Source of the DNA: Marsupella aquatica
Lineage: Eukaryota; Plantae; Marchantiophyta
NCBI GenBank assembly: GCA_973895155.1
Contig: OZ316895.1
Location: 7,614,184-7,678,183, forward strand
Direction of reading: 5' to 3'
Length of the DNA: 64,000 bases
In this document: positions 48,882 to 63,362 of the stretch, piece by piece
Position numbering within the stretch: the stretch's first letter is position 1
How the letters are laid out: every line of letters begins with the position of its first letter
Notes under the pieces: model-generated
What the model was told of the DNA's origin: nothing
Seen by the model: the letters and a program-made list of their open reading frames with translations, nothing else
Databases searched by the model: none
Position numbers and translations under genes: made by a program

Positions 48882-51800
48882 TCATGAATCAACCATCTCG
48901 TCTTGCAGCTCACTTGGGGCAATGAGCCCCGGTATTGTCAACATCCGCCGTCGTTCTGCTTCTCGTTGTGCAGCAGCCTCTTCTGCATATAAATCCTTGT
49001 TGTCCTGCATCACAAAAAGAACAGTTAAGGAAAAGGCCATTCCAATCGAGTGCGGACGCAATAGACCTCTGCAACGACATAACAAGACCACCTCCTGGAA
49101 GAATTCGTTCAGTTGTTCATCACTGTAAAGACATTGGCCTACCTGGGCAGAGAATTCTTTAGACTGAATCAAAAAGTCTCTGAGTTGATTCTTGAATGCA
49201 GCCAAGTCATTCCTAGTTTCAAACAGTCCATTCACAAATGTTGTGACCTGCACAGAACCAATAGGACAAAAGGCACATATCCTCTACGGTCATTCCAGGT
49301 CTCGTGCCCTGCAAAATAGATATTTCAATTCTCAACGAGCATAAGGGGTAGTACTAACCCAAACTTCATAAACAGAAACATTTTGATTACCTCAGCAAGA
49401 GTCATATTCGGGAATGAGCTGCCCAAAAGCTTGATGGTGTAGTCACGGACGAAAGCCATGTTGCTTGGATACGCAGCAGGTCCGAGGGTGCTGACATCCC
49501 ACAAGGGTTGTGAGAGTGCTCCCGAATCAACCTGACAAAACATATTCAGTCACAACATTGTCAATAACAGAAGAACAAGAAGTGAGGTCAAACAAGCCAA
49601 AAGGCAGATCAGATATGCAATCCATGTCGCAGGCTTACCAAGCAGAAAAGATGCTGCAAAATCAGGACGTGCAGCTTGAATCCCGGTTTATGAAATGTGT
49701 CTGTAAGCACTGCAAAGATTTCTTGCTCGATTGTCAAGAAATATGTTTGGTGAAATTGATTGCAAAACTCCGATGCCTGGAAAGATCAGGCCACGCGAAT
49801 CAGTTCCAAATTCTGCAGTACAATGTCAGAAAGCATGAGCTATGTAAGACGCTACTGGAGAAAGAAATTATGAGTTCCGAATGAAAGCGACCTCAGTATT
49901 TATCACACCTGGAAATTGGTAAGCATCTCAAGCAACAAATTGAGGCCGGTCTCCGCAACATTGCGTTCAGTATGTCGAAAAGCCCATATTATGGAGTCCA
50001 TCACAAGTTTTAATTGCTGTCCCACCACAAAAGAAAGTGATCTATCAATTAGCAAAAACAGAAATATAACTGCCCAAGGCCACATGATCTCTTTCAAATG
50101 AAAGCAATCAATAATCACAAGCTGCAATGAATAGAACAATCGGGTCGCCAAGCTCCAAGTTCGCATGTGTCCATACCTGACTTGATAGAGTAAACAGAGC
50201 ACGGAAGCAATGGCTTGCAATTGCTCGCAATAAAGAGAAGAACTTGAGGCGATGCTCAGGATAGTCCTCAAAGTTCTTAGTAATCATCTGAGGCCAAAGA
50301 CACGAGGATCAATGGCTAGATAGAGTCAGACGATTTCAAAGTGACCTTGGATAGAAGCCCTGAAAGAGCATCTCCATGAATAGCATTAGCGTAAGACTAC
50401 CGTTCATAAAACATGGTAAAATTCCCAAACAATACAATAACAGTTAAGAACGACGGGCCGAGGTATCTGAGCTCTATGGACGTGTCACTTCAGGTCGGTG
50501 ACTGCCCACTAGTATGTTACCTCTAGTGTACAAGCAAACACGGCTTCAAAGATTCGTGAAACATCATCAATCATAGCAGCTTTCAGCCTGCACAAATCAT
50601 CGCAACAACGGATTAGATTAGGTGAACGAGTAGCGAAAAGAAATGCTTTTGTAATCACAGGGATTTGGTCGAGGAAACCTACTTGTTGATTATTGTGGCA
50701 AATAGAGAAAGCACTTCAGACTCTCTAGCATCCGACACATTCCGGGCATAGTCTCCAAGAATAGGATCCATCATTGCCGGGACAAACTGCTTAGCAATGA
50801 GCTCTGTATCTTCCGCTTTGTCAACAAAAGTTTCGATTAACTTTAAAGTCTCTCGCTTTACGGACCTGTATCACATGTACTAGGATATCAGCAACACAAT
50901 TTTCAAAGATATTTCAAATGGTAAAAACACCAACGTTTCAACTTCAGACTTCAGACTTCAGACCCTTCAATTTGTCTACCCTACAATATCTAGTTAAGCA
51001 AATCAATCATCAACATATATGTTATATGACACAACATACCGCAACAGTTTCACGTAAGCAGTACGTGACGCATAAGGACCTCCTTCTGCGATGCTACTAG
51101 ATATCAGCTCACTGTACATCCTGTTCCAAACCAAACCAGAAGTAGTCAGCAAATTAAAACACCCCTGAACAGATTCCAAAAAACCAATTAAGAACCACAA
51201 AGGCGTCTTTAAGACGTCATGCCTTGTGATCAACAACGATGTAATACCAATTAAAATACTGTACGAGGAAGGTTACAACGGACAGTGGCAGAAACCTTAT
51301 GAAATCAGCAATCTTTGATACTGCATCATAGCTAGAACAGCCATTAAAGCAGACAACATAAACATACCGGTAGACATTCAGCATATCCAGGTATATCAGG
51401 GAAATTTGTGAAAGGAAGGCCTGGCCCAGAGAGCTTGCAACGCTGGTGTTTGTCTGTTCCATCCACACAACAGCAAAAACCCAAAGAGTTCCAAAAGTTT
51501 AGGTAGGAAATAAACACAAAAATTGCACCATGTAAAACCAAGCAAGGAAAATACTAGCACACAATAGTGAGACCATCAAAGATTGAGCCACATTTGGGGT
51601 TGCTAGAGATTTCAGACATCAAATATCATGCCGCACCTGTAAGATATTTAACACGGCCTTGATGATATCCTGAGTTTTCAGATAATCGACACTTTGTCGA
51701 GCTTGGTGAATAATCTCTGTCCATCTCTGCACAGGCCAGCACATCCAATCATTCCGTGCAAACCATCAATTCTGCGAATAGAATGATTATTAACCCATGT

Positions 51801-54800
51801 GGACAACATAAGCGTTTTCCTCCAAATCTTACTCGAAACAAACAATGTATACCTGATTGGGCAGCTCCATTAACTTTTGCAGATAGTCATCTCTTCTTTG
51901 AAGATCTCCTTCAGCTTGGATCATGAAGCCTACCTGCACTCACTCCATGTTCCATCTCTCAGAATCACCACTTCGGAAACAAAAGTAGAAGAGCATCAGA
52001 GAACTTTTCATGTGACCACCATCAGAAAGAAGAGATCCTCCAAAACTCCACTGTACTTCCCAAGCTAAATTTTGCGAATACCAGCACTTCTCCTGTATGA
52101 CTAAATGGCAAGAATTGGAGAATTTCAATTTACCGTTGATAATTATAATAGATTGACCAGAGAAATCAGGAGATTACATGTTTACTTTCATGCCAAAAAA
52201 TTCAAGATTGCTCTTTTATACGCACCGCTTCATAAAAGGTATGAATCTGATGACTTTCAAGGTCAAGTATTGTTGTTGGAAGACCCTTCAAAAGTTCACA
52301 CACGAATGGTTCGCTCTCTCCCACCTGCTCCAGAGTTCCTCAATCATCAGGTAAATATACCCGAAATATGATGTGTATACATAACTAGAGCATCACTAGC
52401 ACAAACTTCTCGAGATAATAACTTGAGATGCATGGGGCAATATTTCAGTACCTGAAGAATCACAAACTTTCGCCTGCATTTCTGGACTATCTTGAGGAAT
52501 GTATCACAAGCCATATCCTGAAATTGACAAAGGAATTACTTGCATGCTCATGGAGACCTTAAACCAGATTTCAACAAGATGCAAATGAACTGGGTAAGTT
52601 ACAGGAAGCCAGTCTTTTACAGAAACTTCCGAGTGCATAGACATTCAATGAACATTATTGTTTCAACCATACCATCAAACCCATAATTGACCTACCGTAC
52701 TGCAAATCACTCACTATACAACTAGCTACAGACTTTCGCAACTGCCTTACCTGTACACCTGGATGTGTTTCGTGCATAAACTCAAATAACTTAATTACAA
52801 CAGTCTTCAAAAACTTCCAATGTGCCCTTAAGAATCTTGGGTATTGGCCAACAACATACCTGTCAAGCCACAAAGGAATCAGGGAAATCATCCAGATATA
52901 AGTTGTACAAGACCCCGCCAAAACATAAATAGAACATTGCCTTGGTCTAGCAGTGCTAGACACCATACCCTTGTGACATTTTCTAGGGAAGAGATAAATT
53001 ATGCTTGGACAAAGCACGTGCTTTTTGCAACAATGATATAAAAACGTCTACCTCTTTGTGGTGGACTGTACAGACTCCGGCTTCCAACGATGCATACAAC
53101 TGAGGGTCGAGGATTCAAACTAGCTTACATGATATTACTGGCAATCACGGCCTTGTTATCTTTGCCTTTGGTAATCTCGCACAGATTCAAAAGGTCACGG
53201 ATGACTGTCACCAGAAAGCGATTCTCCTGAAACGCCAATCATAGTAAGTACGAATTATCATAGACCAGTTTTAAGTATCACAAACTAGATCGAGCTAAAA
53301 ACGTGTTTTTCATGATGGGCCTCTTAAAAAGAAACAGCACAACTAATCCGCAAGGTTATTCTCAAGGAACCTCTTCAACAACTTGGATATCAGGCACTGC
53401 CATCAAAATCACAAAGGCAATTTCAACTGATGCTCAAATTATATTCCTCATGATCAGAAAACTTAGGAAAAGAACTAGTTATAGTCACCTGGTCTTCAAC
53501 CATGGATCCTGATATTGATCCAATGGCCCAGCAGAGAGTATTTAGATTGTTCCATGCCCACTCCTCTCCATTCAGCTGCTTGTTCAATTTTTTCAGCATC
53601 TGCGTCATTCCCAGGGAAGCGTAGGAAACTATCAACGACTGAAAACAACGGAACTGCCATCGGTAAACCCTACATTTAAGGGTGAACCCTAAATTAGCAA
53701 TACAGTTTACCCTAAACGATTACTTATCTGAGGACAATAAGTAATTTGCCAGAACACATATATCCACACAGAAGGGGTCCAACACGTAGAAACCAGCCAT
53801 CGGGTCACCAAGTTTTGCACAGCGATGGAAAGTTTAATCATACCTGCTGTTCCGTATCTTCGTGGTCAAGGTGCGACAAATAAATCAGTGTTTCTCTCAT
53901 GATCTGCGTAACGACAGTTTACTCAAGTTAAACTCTTATGTACTGGACAACCAGGACTGCTCATAGTTAAGCACCTACTTTTGGTTCACATGGCCAAAAC
54001 GTGTTTTTCCCCATCCTAAGCAAATAATTTCCCTTATGATGAATTGAAATCCTTAACGATGTGTCCAGTGCGGGCAAGCCTGACTTCAGAGTCATCTGCG
54101 AAGACTAAATAAATCGTGTCCGAAGGCCATGCAACAAATCCAGTACTAAACTTACAATATCCCCTGACCTGCACCGATGCAAGGAGGACGTACCTTATAC
54201 TGGACCAAAACATCATTGTCCTTCATTGTCTCTCGAACGATATTACCGTTTTCATCTTCCACAATCAAAACCTCCTCGGGTTTGGCCATACGGCTGATCA
54301 TCAGCAAGCGAAGTTTTGAAAGTGGTCCAGAATACAGCTGCTTGCGATGGGAGAGCTGCGAGTTAAGCCCATCAGACATACCCACACCTAACCCAACCTG
54401 GTGCCACAGAATCAGAAACATCAACCTTTAGCCCTTAAAAAAGGTTTCCATTCACAGTAACAGCTCCAAGACAGTAATAATAGAACTCTCCATCCTTCCT
54501 ATCGGAAAGGACAACACGATGAATTACAAATAACGAGTGGAGACTGAAGATAGTCACCGCCAGCAAACTACTTTTTAAGACTGACTGTGACAGACAACCG
54601 TAGTTGTCGGCAACAGGAAAATAGGAAAATAGGAGAATCCCATATTCTTCCCATCACACCTAAGACTTCCGGAAATGGCACACGCCAGAGGATGCAAAGG
54701 TAACAACCTTCAACATCTACTCTCTCCCTTAACAGAACACATGTCAAGGAGGTCGGGTGACTTTCAAACTTAGTTAGACGTGCACCTGAAGACCAACAGG

Positions 54801-57800
54801 GTTCGGTGTCGCAGGAGTCTCCATGTTGCATTCCGATTGAAATAGATCGCAGACAAGTGAGTTCCAATAGTCCAAGCAAACCTGCAATGGCCACACATTA
54901 CATTACAATAAGTCCTCACACAGCCACTTAAGGTAGAGGAAGCACATTGCACCTACGTAAGAGCATGTATGAATTCAGTAAGAGAACCATACGACCGTGG
55001 TAGATTGCAAATCCAAGCCGAGAAGGGACAGAAGAAGTCCGACAGTACTACTTTGGGACTAGTTCAGTTTCCAGACCATTTACATGTCGTCTATCATTCA
55101 CATAGGACTTGGCGATCATCTGTTTGAACAGTGGCATCATTGGTAAATAAGTTTTCTCTGGCTACCCATTCTGATCTTGCATCGAGGACTATGTTCGCTC
55201 TATCTGGCGTCCTACAATTCTGGAGATTAATTCAATGGTTACTACCTACTTCCACACTACCTCTACAGTGGTATCCACCCGTCTTACCTGTAAACCTGCA
55301 AGATTATACACTATCCCACACTTAATCTCGTAAGATCAACGCAACTCCACATCTAAAGCACCCACTCACTCGGAAACCAACCCAACAAGTCGTTGTGACA
55401 TTCCTACATACCTTAAACACCTCCGTATCATCAACATAAGAAATGCCGATCAGATAGTCAAGACCCATGAGAAGAACAGCTTGGTTGTCTGTTGTTGTCT
55501 CCATGACTCCAATATGTGACTGCACTCGCATATAATTTTACCCAGTCAATACACTGCGACATACGAGGGCACAGATGCATCCATCTAGCCTTCAACTGAA
55601 CACCGACTTTATAACCCATCATAGTATCAAGAAAGACATCGCCACCACTGTGAGCTTGTTTCCAAATCATTGGAGATGACACAACTACTCCAATACTTTT
55701 GTAAGGACAGCAGCAGCAAGTCCAATAAGTACATCAGTGTAGTGAGGATCGCAAACCTTATAAAACGAGGTGAAGAAAAGAGACAAGTTTTGAATGAAAG
55801 CCTGCGACGAAGAACAACACGATATTTATTTCAAAAAAGAGATTTCAGTGGAGCTACGTCCACAAATCCAGTGCAACACCTCTATTCACTCGTCTCAAAT
55901 TAGATGTGAAAAATTCATCACCGAGACTACAAAGTCAACAAAGATGCCCACTGTGTACCTGGTCCTCGTCAGATCCACCACCATATGCGTCCGGTATGTG
56001 TGTCCCAGGTGGGAGTATGATCTGTCGACGGACGAAAGGAAATTCCTTTGAATACTCAGATTAATGATAAACGACGACAAGAGAAAGCTTCACATTGATA
56101 CATTAAAGCACCATTCTAGAAAGTAAACCCACTGATTGGCAGAGGTAAGTCACTCGACCCTCGTCGATGATCATACTTCCAACTTCAAGCAAATCAAACA
56201 TACCGTTCTCACCCACGGTTCTGGGTCCATAGAGTTGTTATGAGTCACATGGCTGAAATTTCAAACACTTGGAATTCAACTTACTACATTAGACTGGTGC
56301 ACTTGGCAGAGATGCAAACCTGAAGCTGGACCATGAATATAGTGTACACCTTCACAAATTGGGCATCATAAAAATCCCCAAAACTAAGCACTGCAACCTG
56401 AAGCAGGCCAAGACAGTACTCTTCAGGTTGACTGATCGGCTTTCTATACCAGAAAAAGCAGCTGGCACAAAAGGAAACCTGGTTTGCGGAGAAAGCTACA
56501 GGACCAAGCACAAGCATAGCAATCAATCCGAATCACAAGCCGAAAAGTCTCGTACAGCGAGCTTTAAACAACCCAACAAAAGATGCTAAACAATCAAGAA
56601 GAGGGACGTCCTCTCCGATCACGTTACCTCAGTCAGACACTGAAGAGCAAGATTTCTGTAGGCCACTACAGGGAAGAGTTTCAACAGAGTCTCTAGCTGC
56701 ATGAGGCACACATTTCCAGAGTCAGACCGTAAGCTTGAAACCTGACATACACTGAAAGCACAACTTTTAAAAGAAGGCTGAATTGACAAAATCTTGAAAG
56801 CCACAGATACATCTAGAATAGAATGACTGCAAAGCTGCGAGCTCATGTTATAGACGCAGAGTAGTAGTTTAGCGTTCCGGCATCAATTGGTGGTAGTGAT
56901 CTACCATAACAGATATACTAGTCAACTGTCTCATTTTTATCTCTGAACTAACCAATCAAAAGAAAAATATTCCCATGCCAGACTTACCAGTGGCGATTCA
57001 AATATATACCCAAGAGGGATCCAGGAGAGGAATGCATGCAGGGTTGCTAGCGTTGCTCTGATGAGTTCTGGTCTCTGAGAAGCAGATAAGACATACTGGC
57101 ACAACTCATGAATGAGTTGAAACTCACTGTCACACATAGTTCCAGTAAGGGCAGATGTCAGCCCTAGTAATGAAGACTGCTGTCGTATGAACAGGTCGGA
57201 AGGTCAAGACATCTGATACTGTTGGCAGACCAATAATATATAAGGCAAAAACATACGAACCCGCAAGCAACAATATCCGAATGAACAGAAGATGCTACCT
57301 ATTAAGTGATTGCTTTAGCTCTTTGATTTTGTTTTGTGTCATTTCTCCCCTGGAGAAATCAAAGACCTCCTCACTTAAAAGCTGCATCAAATACCAACTG
57401 GTATTAATATGGAAGAAAACAGAAACTGCATACCCACCAGCTACAGCAGATGCTGCAGACACTAAAACAGACAAGATAGAACCCCTCCATCAGTAAAAAC
57501 ATGAATCAAGATTCCACGCTCAAAGACGTTGAAAAGCTATAAAAGGGTACGGACAATCCCAGGAAGAACCAAAAGGAATAGTCAAGAGGACCGCGAGACC
57601 TACATCCCAAGGAACATTGCCAAATGATAGATTTGACTGAAACATTTTCTCTGTATACTACCTTTAAAATCACCATACAGTTCTCACAAAGTGTTTCACT
57701 GCTTCTAGCAGCAGACACAAGATCTGGTATAAATCTGGGCCACCGCGCAGGCCATTCATGCTTAAGAACCTGTACCACACTCAAATCATCGAAATGGTCA

Positions 57801-60044
57801 AAACGGTTCGGAGCGTTGATCCCAGCTTTTGATATGAAGTTCTGCCACCTCAAAGAGACTTATCTTGATTCCGATAGGAGGATAATTGAAGCGCTATATG
57901 CTACTCAGAAGAGGTTGGGCAAATTGAAAATAACAGGTCTGTAGTGCATTCAACTCATGCCCAGGACCCTCAATCTTGTTTACGTCTGTCCAGAATGTAA
58001 TGCAGGAAGAGACTGGTGCAGATTATAATACCTGAACGAGAATTATATTCAGCTTATTGACATACAGTCGCTCCTGTCTGAAAGAACCTTCGTTGCTGGA
58101 CAACTGTGGGATTCCACACACAAAAGGATTCCATATGTTAGCCTTATTACTTATACAGGCTAGGTCCATTCACGGTTCAACTCTTACAGGATCCAAAAGG
58201 GTGCTCTATCGTGATGATATCAATGCACAATGGATCACAATACGTTGCTTTTACGCTCTTGCCGCAGAAAGAACAAGATCAGGGAGACAATTCGGAAGTG
58301 AATCATGTTCCAATTCAAAGCAGGAACTAATTGTTAACCATAAAAAGAGAAACAATAAACCCAACACAATCCTACAACCTACAGTACTTACCTGTACAAT
58401 AAGGTCTGAGATATAATTCTTGATGCCATCACGTTGCTCCATGGGCAACGCATTCCACCGATACTTGATTACACCCTCCAATACCTTAAACCAAAAGCGC
58501 GATAGTAACAATGGAAATGAGTTTCGACAAACGCTCAGCGGCATTCCGACCTTTCAATCTTACTTGAATTGTCACATCGCCAGACGAGGCCATGTAAGGG
58601 CTACCTCAGAATAAATTAAAAATGTTTCTAATGGCATGCAGCCAAATCAATCCGGAAAAGATCATCGTTATCCATCGTGAACCCTAGTGTACATATGACA
58701 TAGAGAATTTTAGGTAGAACTTGAAAGCACCATACACACCTACAGTCATGTCTGCGGATTAGGTCAGAGGAAACACTAGACATCAACATGCAAATACACA
58801 AAGCTTAGAGCCTCACGAACATTTTGTTCCTGATAAGAGTCGAGTGACGTTCTATTACTAAGACTATAAATCCCGAGAAATGCAAAGTACCTGAAGGGCA
58901 TAAAACTTAGAGTTCAAATTTCCGGAATTTTGCAGGATAGTGACCACTCGGGTCCATGTGTCAGGATCTTCTTGCAATTGTCTTAGGATCCTCTCTGCCG
59001 CAGCCCTCTGCAAGATCGACGACAAGGCTCAATTTAAATCCAACGTTCCCACGCAAGACTTATGAGTAACAGAGGCAGACAACTCGGTCTTCTATGCCTC
59101 GCATGTCTAAACCATCGGCAGTAAAACCCCCGACAGCAACCCAATATTAATGCGGGGACTGTGCATTATGCCACGTTCGAAGCGAGACCATCTTGGCTAG
59201 GTCACGTCTATAATACAAATATTGTTCGAGTGTGCCTCGAGCAGTAAACCGTGATTCAGCATTCTCGTCTCTCGCAGTAGCAATTGCTCAGTGCTCCAGA
59301 TAGGAGCTTATCGAAGAATAACAGGGCAAGAACATAACAATCAAATGCTTGCTGTCCCTAGCCAGGCAGTCATACCACCACATAAACGTCCGCACTTAAC
59401 AACTATATTCCTCCGACCTGTGGGAACAAGTTCCGCTCACTGAACGATACGACAGGTTATACGAATTAACAGCTAGCGCACAAGACCTAGGAAATCATGC
59501 ACAATGCAGTAGCTTCAGTCTAGCTTCCCGCCTCAATCAAGGGAACAAACAGGCGAAGACAGCTTTCACTCCCGCCAGGACCAGCAACCCGTCCCAAGAA
59601 CTCAACGACCGTTTCTAAATGTAGACAGTCTCAACAAGCCCTAATTAATAGCTCGCATTGCAACTTTCGCTTCAAAAGGACGTATTCACGAGATATTTTA
59701 AGAGCTCCCTCGGAAGGCTACAAACACTACCTCCGTCCACAGGCGAACATTACTGCGGGAGGTTTCTGTAGGCCAAACCGCGGGTAGAAGGCGAGAAAGA
59801 ACGACAAACGATAAGAGTAAGCCCCAACCTTTGGGCTTTCGGAAAGGCTAACAAAGCCTGTACTGGACATGACGTAAAGTTCGGTGAGGACGAGATTGAT
59901 GACGAACAAAAAGAAAGATCAAGAGGCAGACAGGCAAAAAACCAATACCTCGTCTTTCGACCCGGTGCCATAAAATGCAGTAACGGTGGCATCAAGAAGT
60001 CCAACATCGAAGGGTTGCGAGAAGTCTAACAGCTTCTCCGCCAT
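48882..60044 (-). CDS. XPO1: Exportin-1 (CRM1) nuclear export receptor, 32 coding exons
   Basis: Traced from [21 protein letters not shown] (60044-59949) through [127 protein letters not shown] and [16 protein letters not shown] to [16 protein letters not shown]. No exon appears missing. Confidence 0.97.
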
Positions 60045-61644
60045 CTTTCCCCGTCTCGACTCCTCTCGCTTGCCCCTCGTATCCTTCAGCTACCGAACCC
60101 ACTCACAGCCTCAGACGAAAATGACTCCCGTTCACCAAGACAAAAGAATAAGCTCCCCACGGCGCAACAAGAACAACAACAAAAGAGCAAGCTCGGTTTA
60201 GCAATCTCGATGAAAAACGAAATCCCCGCCTCTCGCAAATGGCTTCTTCCACACTTCTTCTCCCACAGTTCGCAATTATCCTGATTATTCTGACCGTAAT
60301 ACCAAAACCCTGGATAACCTCAGTGAGACCGTGTCCGCTCACCGCCAACAGCAACAAAACCGCCAAGGTTGTCTTCCACCAATTTTTACACAACTACGTC
60401 CGTCTGTCACCTGTTTCCCACTCGAACTCCCACCCAGGCTCCGAGTTGGTGTCAGGCAGGCCTCCTCACTCCACGCTTCTTTCGAAGGCGGGTAAGACCG
60501 ACCTTCCGCCCCTCCCTTCGACCGCGCAGGGCCCGATAATAACACTCCTCCTACACAGCAGTACAAACGAAGCAGAATCTCCCACTGACCAGTCCGGCTG
60601 CGCCTCCTTTCTCACCACAAACCGCCAAAATTGCCTTTTAGATTTCCTCCAACACACACCCTCCCCCTCATTTCCCTTCGGCACACGCTTGCTCCTCACT
60701 TGTCGCTCCCTCGCTCGCTTGCTCGCTACCGTAGCTCCCTTGCTCGCTCGCTCGCTTTTCTCCACACGCAGCAGATTCAGCAACAGCCGCCTCTGATTAA
60801 TTCCTCGTGAAGCATTCGCTATGTCATAGACTCTGCCCGATCCATCGTACTCCTCCTGCCCGCTGCACTCAGTATCATAATCGCCCTTTGCTTCTTCTTC
60901 GCTGCCTTCTTTGCCGACCGCCACGCCCAAAAACCTTCTCCCAGCCCAAATCGAATTCCTCACCACCTCCCACGCAAAACCTCAGTTCGTCCCCTCCCTC
61001 TCTTTCTCTCTTGCGCGTCGAATCTCCCCCTCGCCAAACCTTCCAGACCGACCCAAGGACGCACAGATAATCTGAGGGCCTTCCGGTCCCAAACCCGGCG
61101 CCCTACAGCCTCTACTGGACCCTACGACTGTAGTACTCTAGTACAGTTCCGCAGGACTTTAAGTACGTGGTACGAACTTTAGGGACGGGAGAACATTAGC
61201 GTCCCAGACTGGTCGCTCGTACCCTCGCCGTGCCGTGCGGGTTGGCTGGTTCGGTTGGCTGGTTCGGTTGGCTGGCCCGGGGCCGCTACTCTCTTTCCGT
61301 TGGCGGAGCCAGGAACCTTCTCGCCCATTCCTCTTCTCGTCGTTACTTTTCATTGTTCAGTCGTCTCTCGCTGTAAGTGCATGCCCCATAAGTGCAAACT
61401 CTGGCTGTTTGCGAGGTATCTCGTTCTTCTTCCTTGTTCTTGCACCATTTGTGCAATTTTATTGCTTTTCAGTGCAAATAGGCTGCACTAAACCGCAAAT
61501 ATACAATTTCAAAGCCTCTACAAGTGTTTGTGAACAGTTAAGTGTAAGTGCACAATTCCTTGGGCAATTCCTTCCACATACACTTACTAATAACCGCATG
61601 TCATTTTTACATAGAGTAAAAATAGCACTCATGAGATACAGGAT

Positions 61645-61972
61645 CACATTTAGGATATGGATGTACAATTTAGGATGGAAGTCACATTTTAGGATATCGA
61701 TGTACAACTTAAGATGGAAGTCATGTTATTGTCACCAACCATTCTTTCCTGTTCTTACAATTTGCCGAGGTGGGTGAGGTGGTGGCTCTAGAATGAGGGC
61801 ATCTATGTACTCGCAATGAGAAAGAGTTAGGGTCTAGGTTTCTAGAGTAATGTCAACCAACCATTCTTTCCTCCTGTTCTTACAATATACCAAGTTGGCT
61901 ACCCTGGTGGCTCTAGAAGGAGGGCATCTATGTATTTCAATGAGAAAGATTTGGGGTCTAGGTTTCTAGAGT
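61645..61972. repeat. Two adjacent tandem duplications (~39 bp x2 and ~121 bp x2)
   Basis: TCACATTT(T)AGGATAT.GATGTACAA.TTA.GATGGAAG twice (61645-61723); TGTCA(A)CCAACCATTCTTTCCT...GGGTCTAGGTTTCTAGAGT at 61730 and 61851. Confidence 0.88.
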
Positions 61973-62995
61973 CAAAAAAGATTGTGACTCTAGGATCCCA
62001 CCAAAATTTATGTGGATGATAATAGAATGAAACCTTATGTAAGTCAAAACGGTGATCATGCAGCCCATAGTTGAACTATTGTGACTCACTCTTCCCTTTC
62101 TGTGGGGTTTCACAGATTTTTCCTTAAAAAAAATATTATTATTTTTAAATAATGATCATGCATGATAATATTCATCATTATTTCTATTAACATTCAAAGA
62201 ATGTGCATTCAAGCTTGTGAATAAAATAAAGAAAAGCATGTAGCATAGTTATTGAGTATGGATAGTTAATTGTATGGTACTTTCTGGTGATTGCAGAGCA
62301 ATTTCTGGCAAATCTCCCCCACCGTGGATTTCATAGTGACCCCATCCCAATGCCCATGCCATGCACAACTTGAGTTGAGAAAAAGTTGTTGAGGCAAGAA
62401 AATGACGTCAAGGCGAGGCACAGATGTTGGGGCAAAACAAGACGTTGAGGCGCAAAAATATGAGATGTCAGGAAAGGTAAAGATTTTGTGGGGTCAAGGT
62501 GTGGTTGCACAACGCTATTGAGAAGGGAATTTTTTATGTCCTTTTCCCATTTCTTCACTCCCTTGCCACTTCCTTCCTCCCCTCTTTTCTTCCTTTCCGC
62601 ACCATTAAATAAAGAGAAAAATAGAGTGAGTGAATGTATAATGAACCCTTTTTCTTTCTTCTTGATTGTCATACTCTATTCCAAAAAGTTTATCATGCCC
62701 CAAAAGATTCTCTTCCCAAAGTTAGTATTTTGGTATTTGCATAAAAAAAGACATTTAGGTAAAGTCACATCAGAGTCATCACATATACTATGTATTCTAC
62801 TATAAAACTAAGTATATTTTGGGGACATTCCTGGTCAATCAATCCAAGAGTCCATAGAAATCTGTAAGGACAATCTGATGGCTGAGGTTTGTTCCCTCCA
62901 TTTCCAAGTTTGTAAGCAATGGATGAAGTTTTTGACGGCATTGCATGTCATAGAAATTTAAATAGCAGGGATTTTCTCAAGTAGTTTTTAAGCTA

Positions 62996-63362
62996 CATTG
63001 TTCACCGTAATTAGTGTTGTGCAAGAATTAGTGTTAGTACAAAATTAGTGTTAGTAAAAATAATTTTGAGTCCAAGTAACACTAATTTTTGCCGGTTTTC
63101 AAAATGAATTTATTTCAGTTTAGTTTAAATTGCTTGTAAAAAATGGATAATCTCTAGTCCAAAGAAACACTAATTGTTGTGGATTTTTTTAAATAATTTT
63201 TTTCTTTGTATTTTTTCACTTTTAAGACCATAGTAACACTAATTCATGTGCGCGAAAATAATAATAGCACAAAATTAGTGTGACTAACACTAATTCGCAA
63301 GTAGACCCTGAAAATGGACGTTCTCAAATTAGTGTTAGTCACACTAATTACGGTGAACAGTG
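62996..63362. mobile_element. Tc1/mariner-type (Stowaway/pogo-like) MITE, 367 bp
   Basis: 22-bp TIRs CATTGTTCACCGTAATTAGTGT / ACACTAATTACGGTGAACAGTG with 1 mismatch; TA TSD at 62994-62995 and 63363-63364; many internal AATTAGTGT/ACACTAATT copies. Confidence 0.88.

Noticed and set aside
53660-53720. Cluster of telo-box-like ACCCTA(A) motifs in an XPO1 intron (also at 1-90, ~8305-8340 and ~27600)
   Set aside because: Short, imperfect and not tandem; not distinguishable from chance or repeat debris.
60239-61777. Long ORFs (185, 166 and 180 aa) upstream of XPO1
   Set aside because: Low-complexity CT/GA-rich leader and promoter sequence, overlapping on both strands, with no domain motifs.
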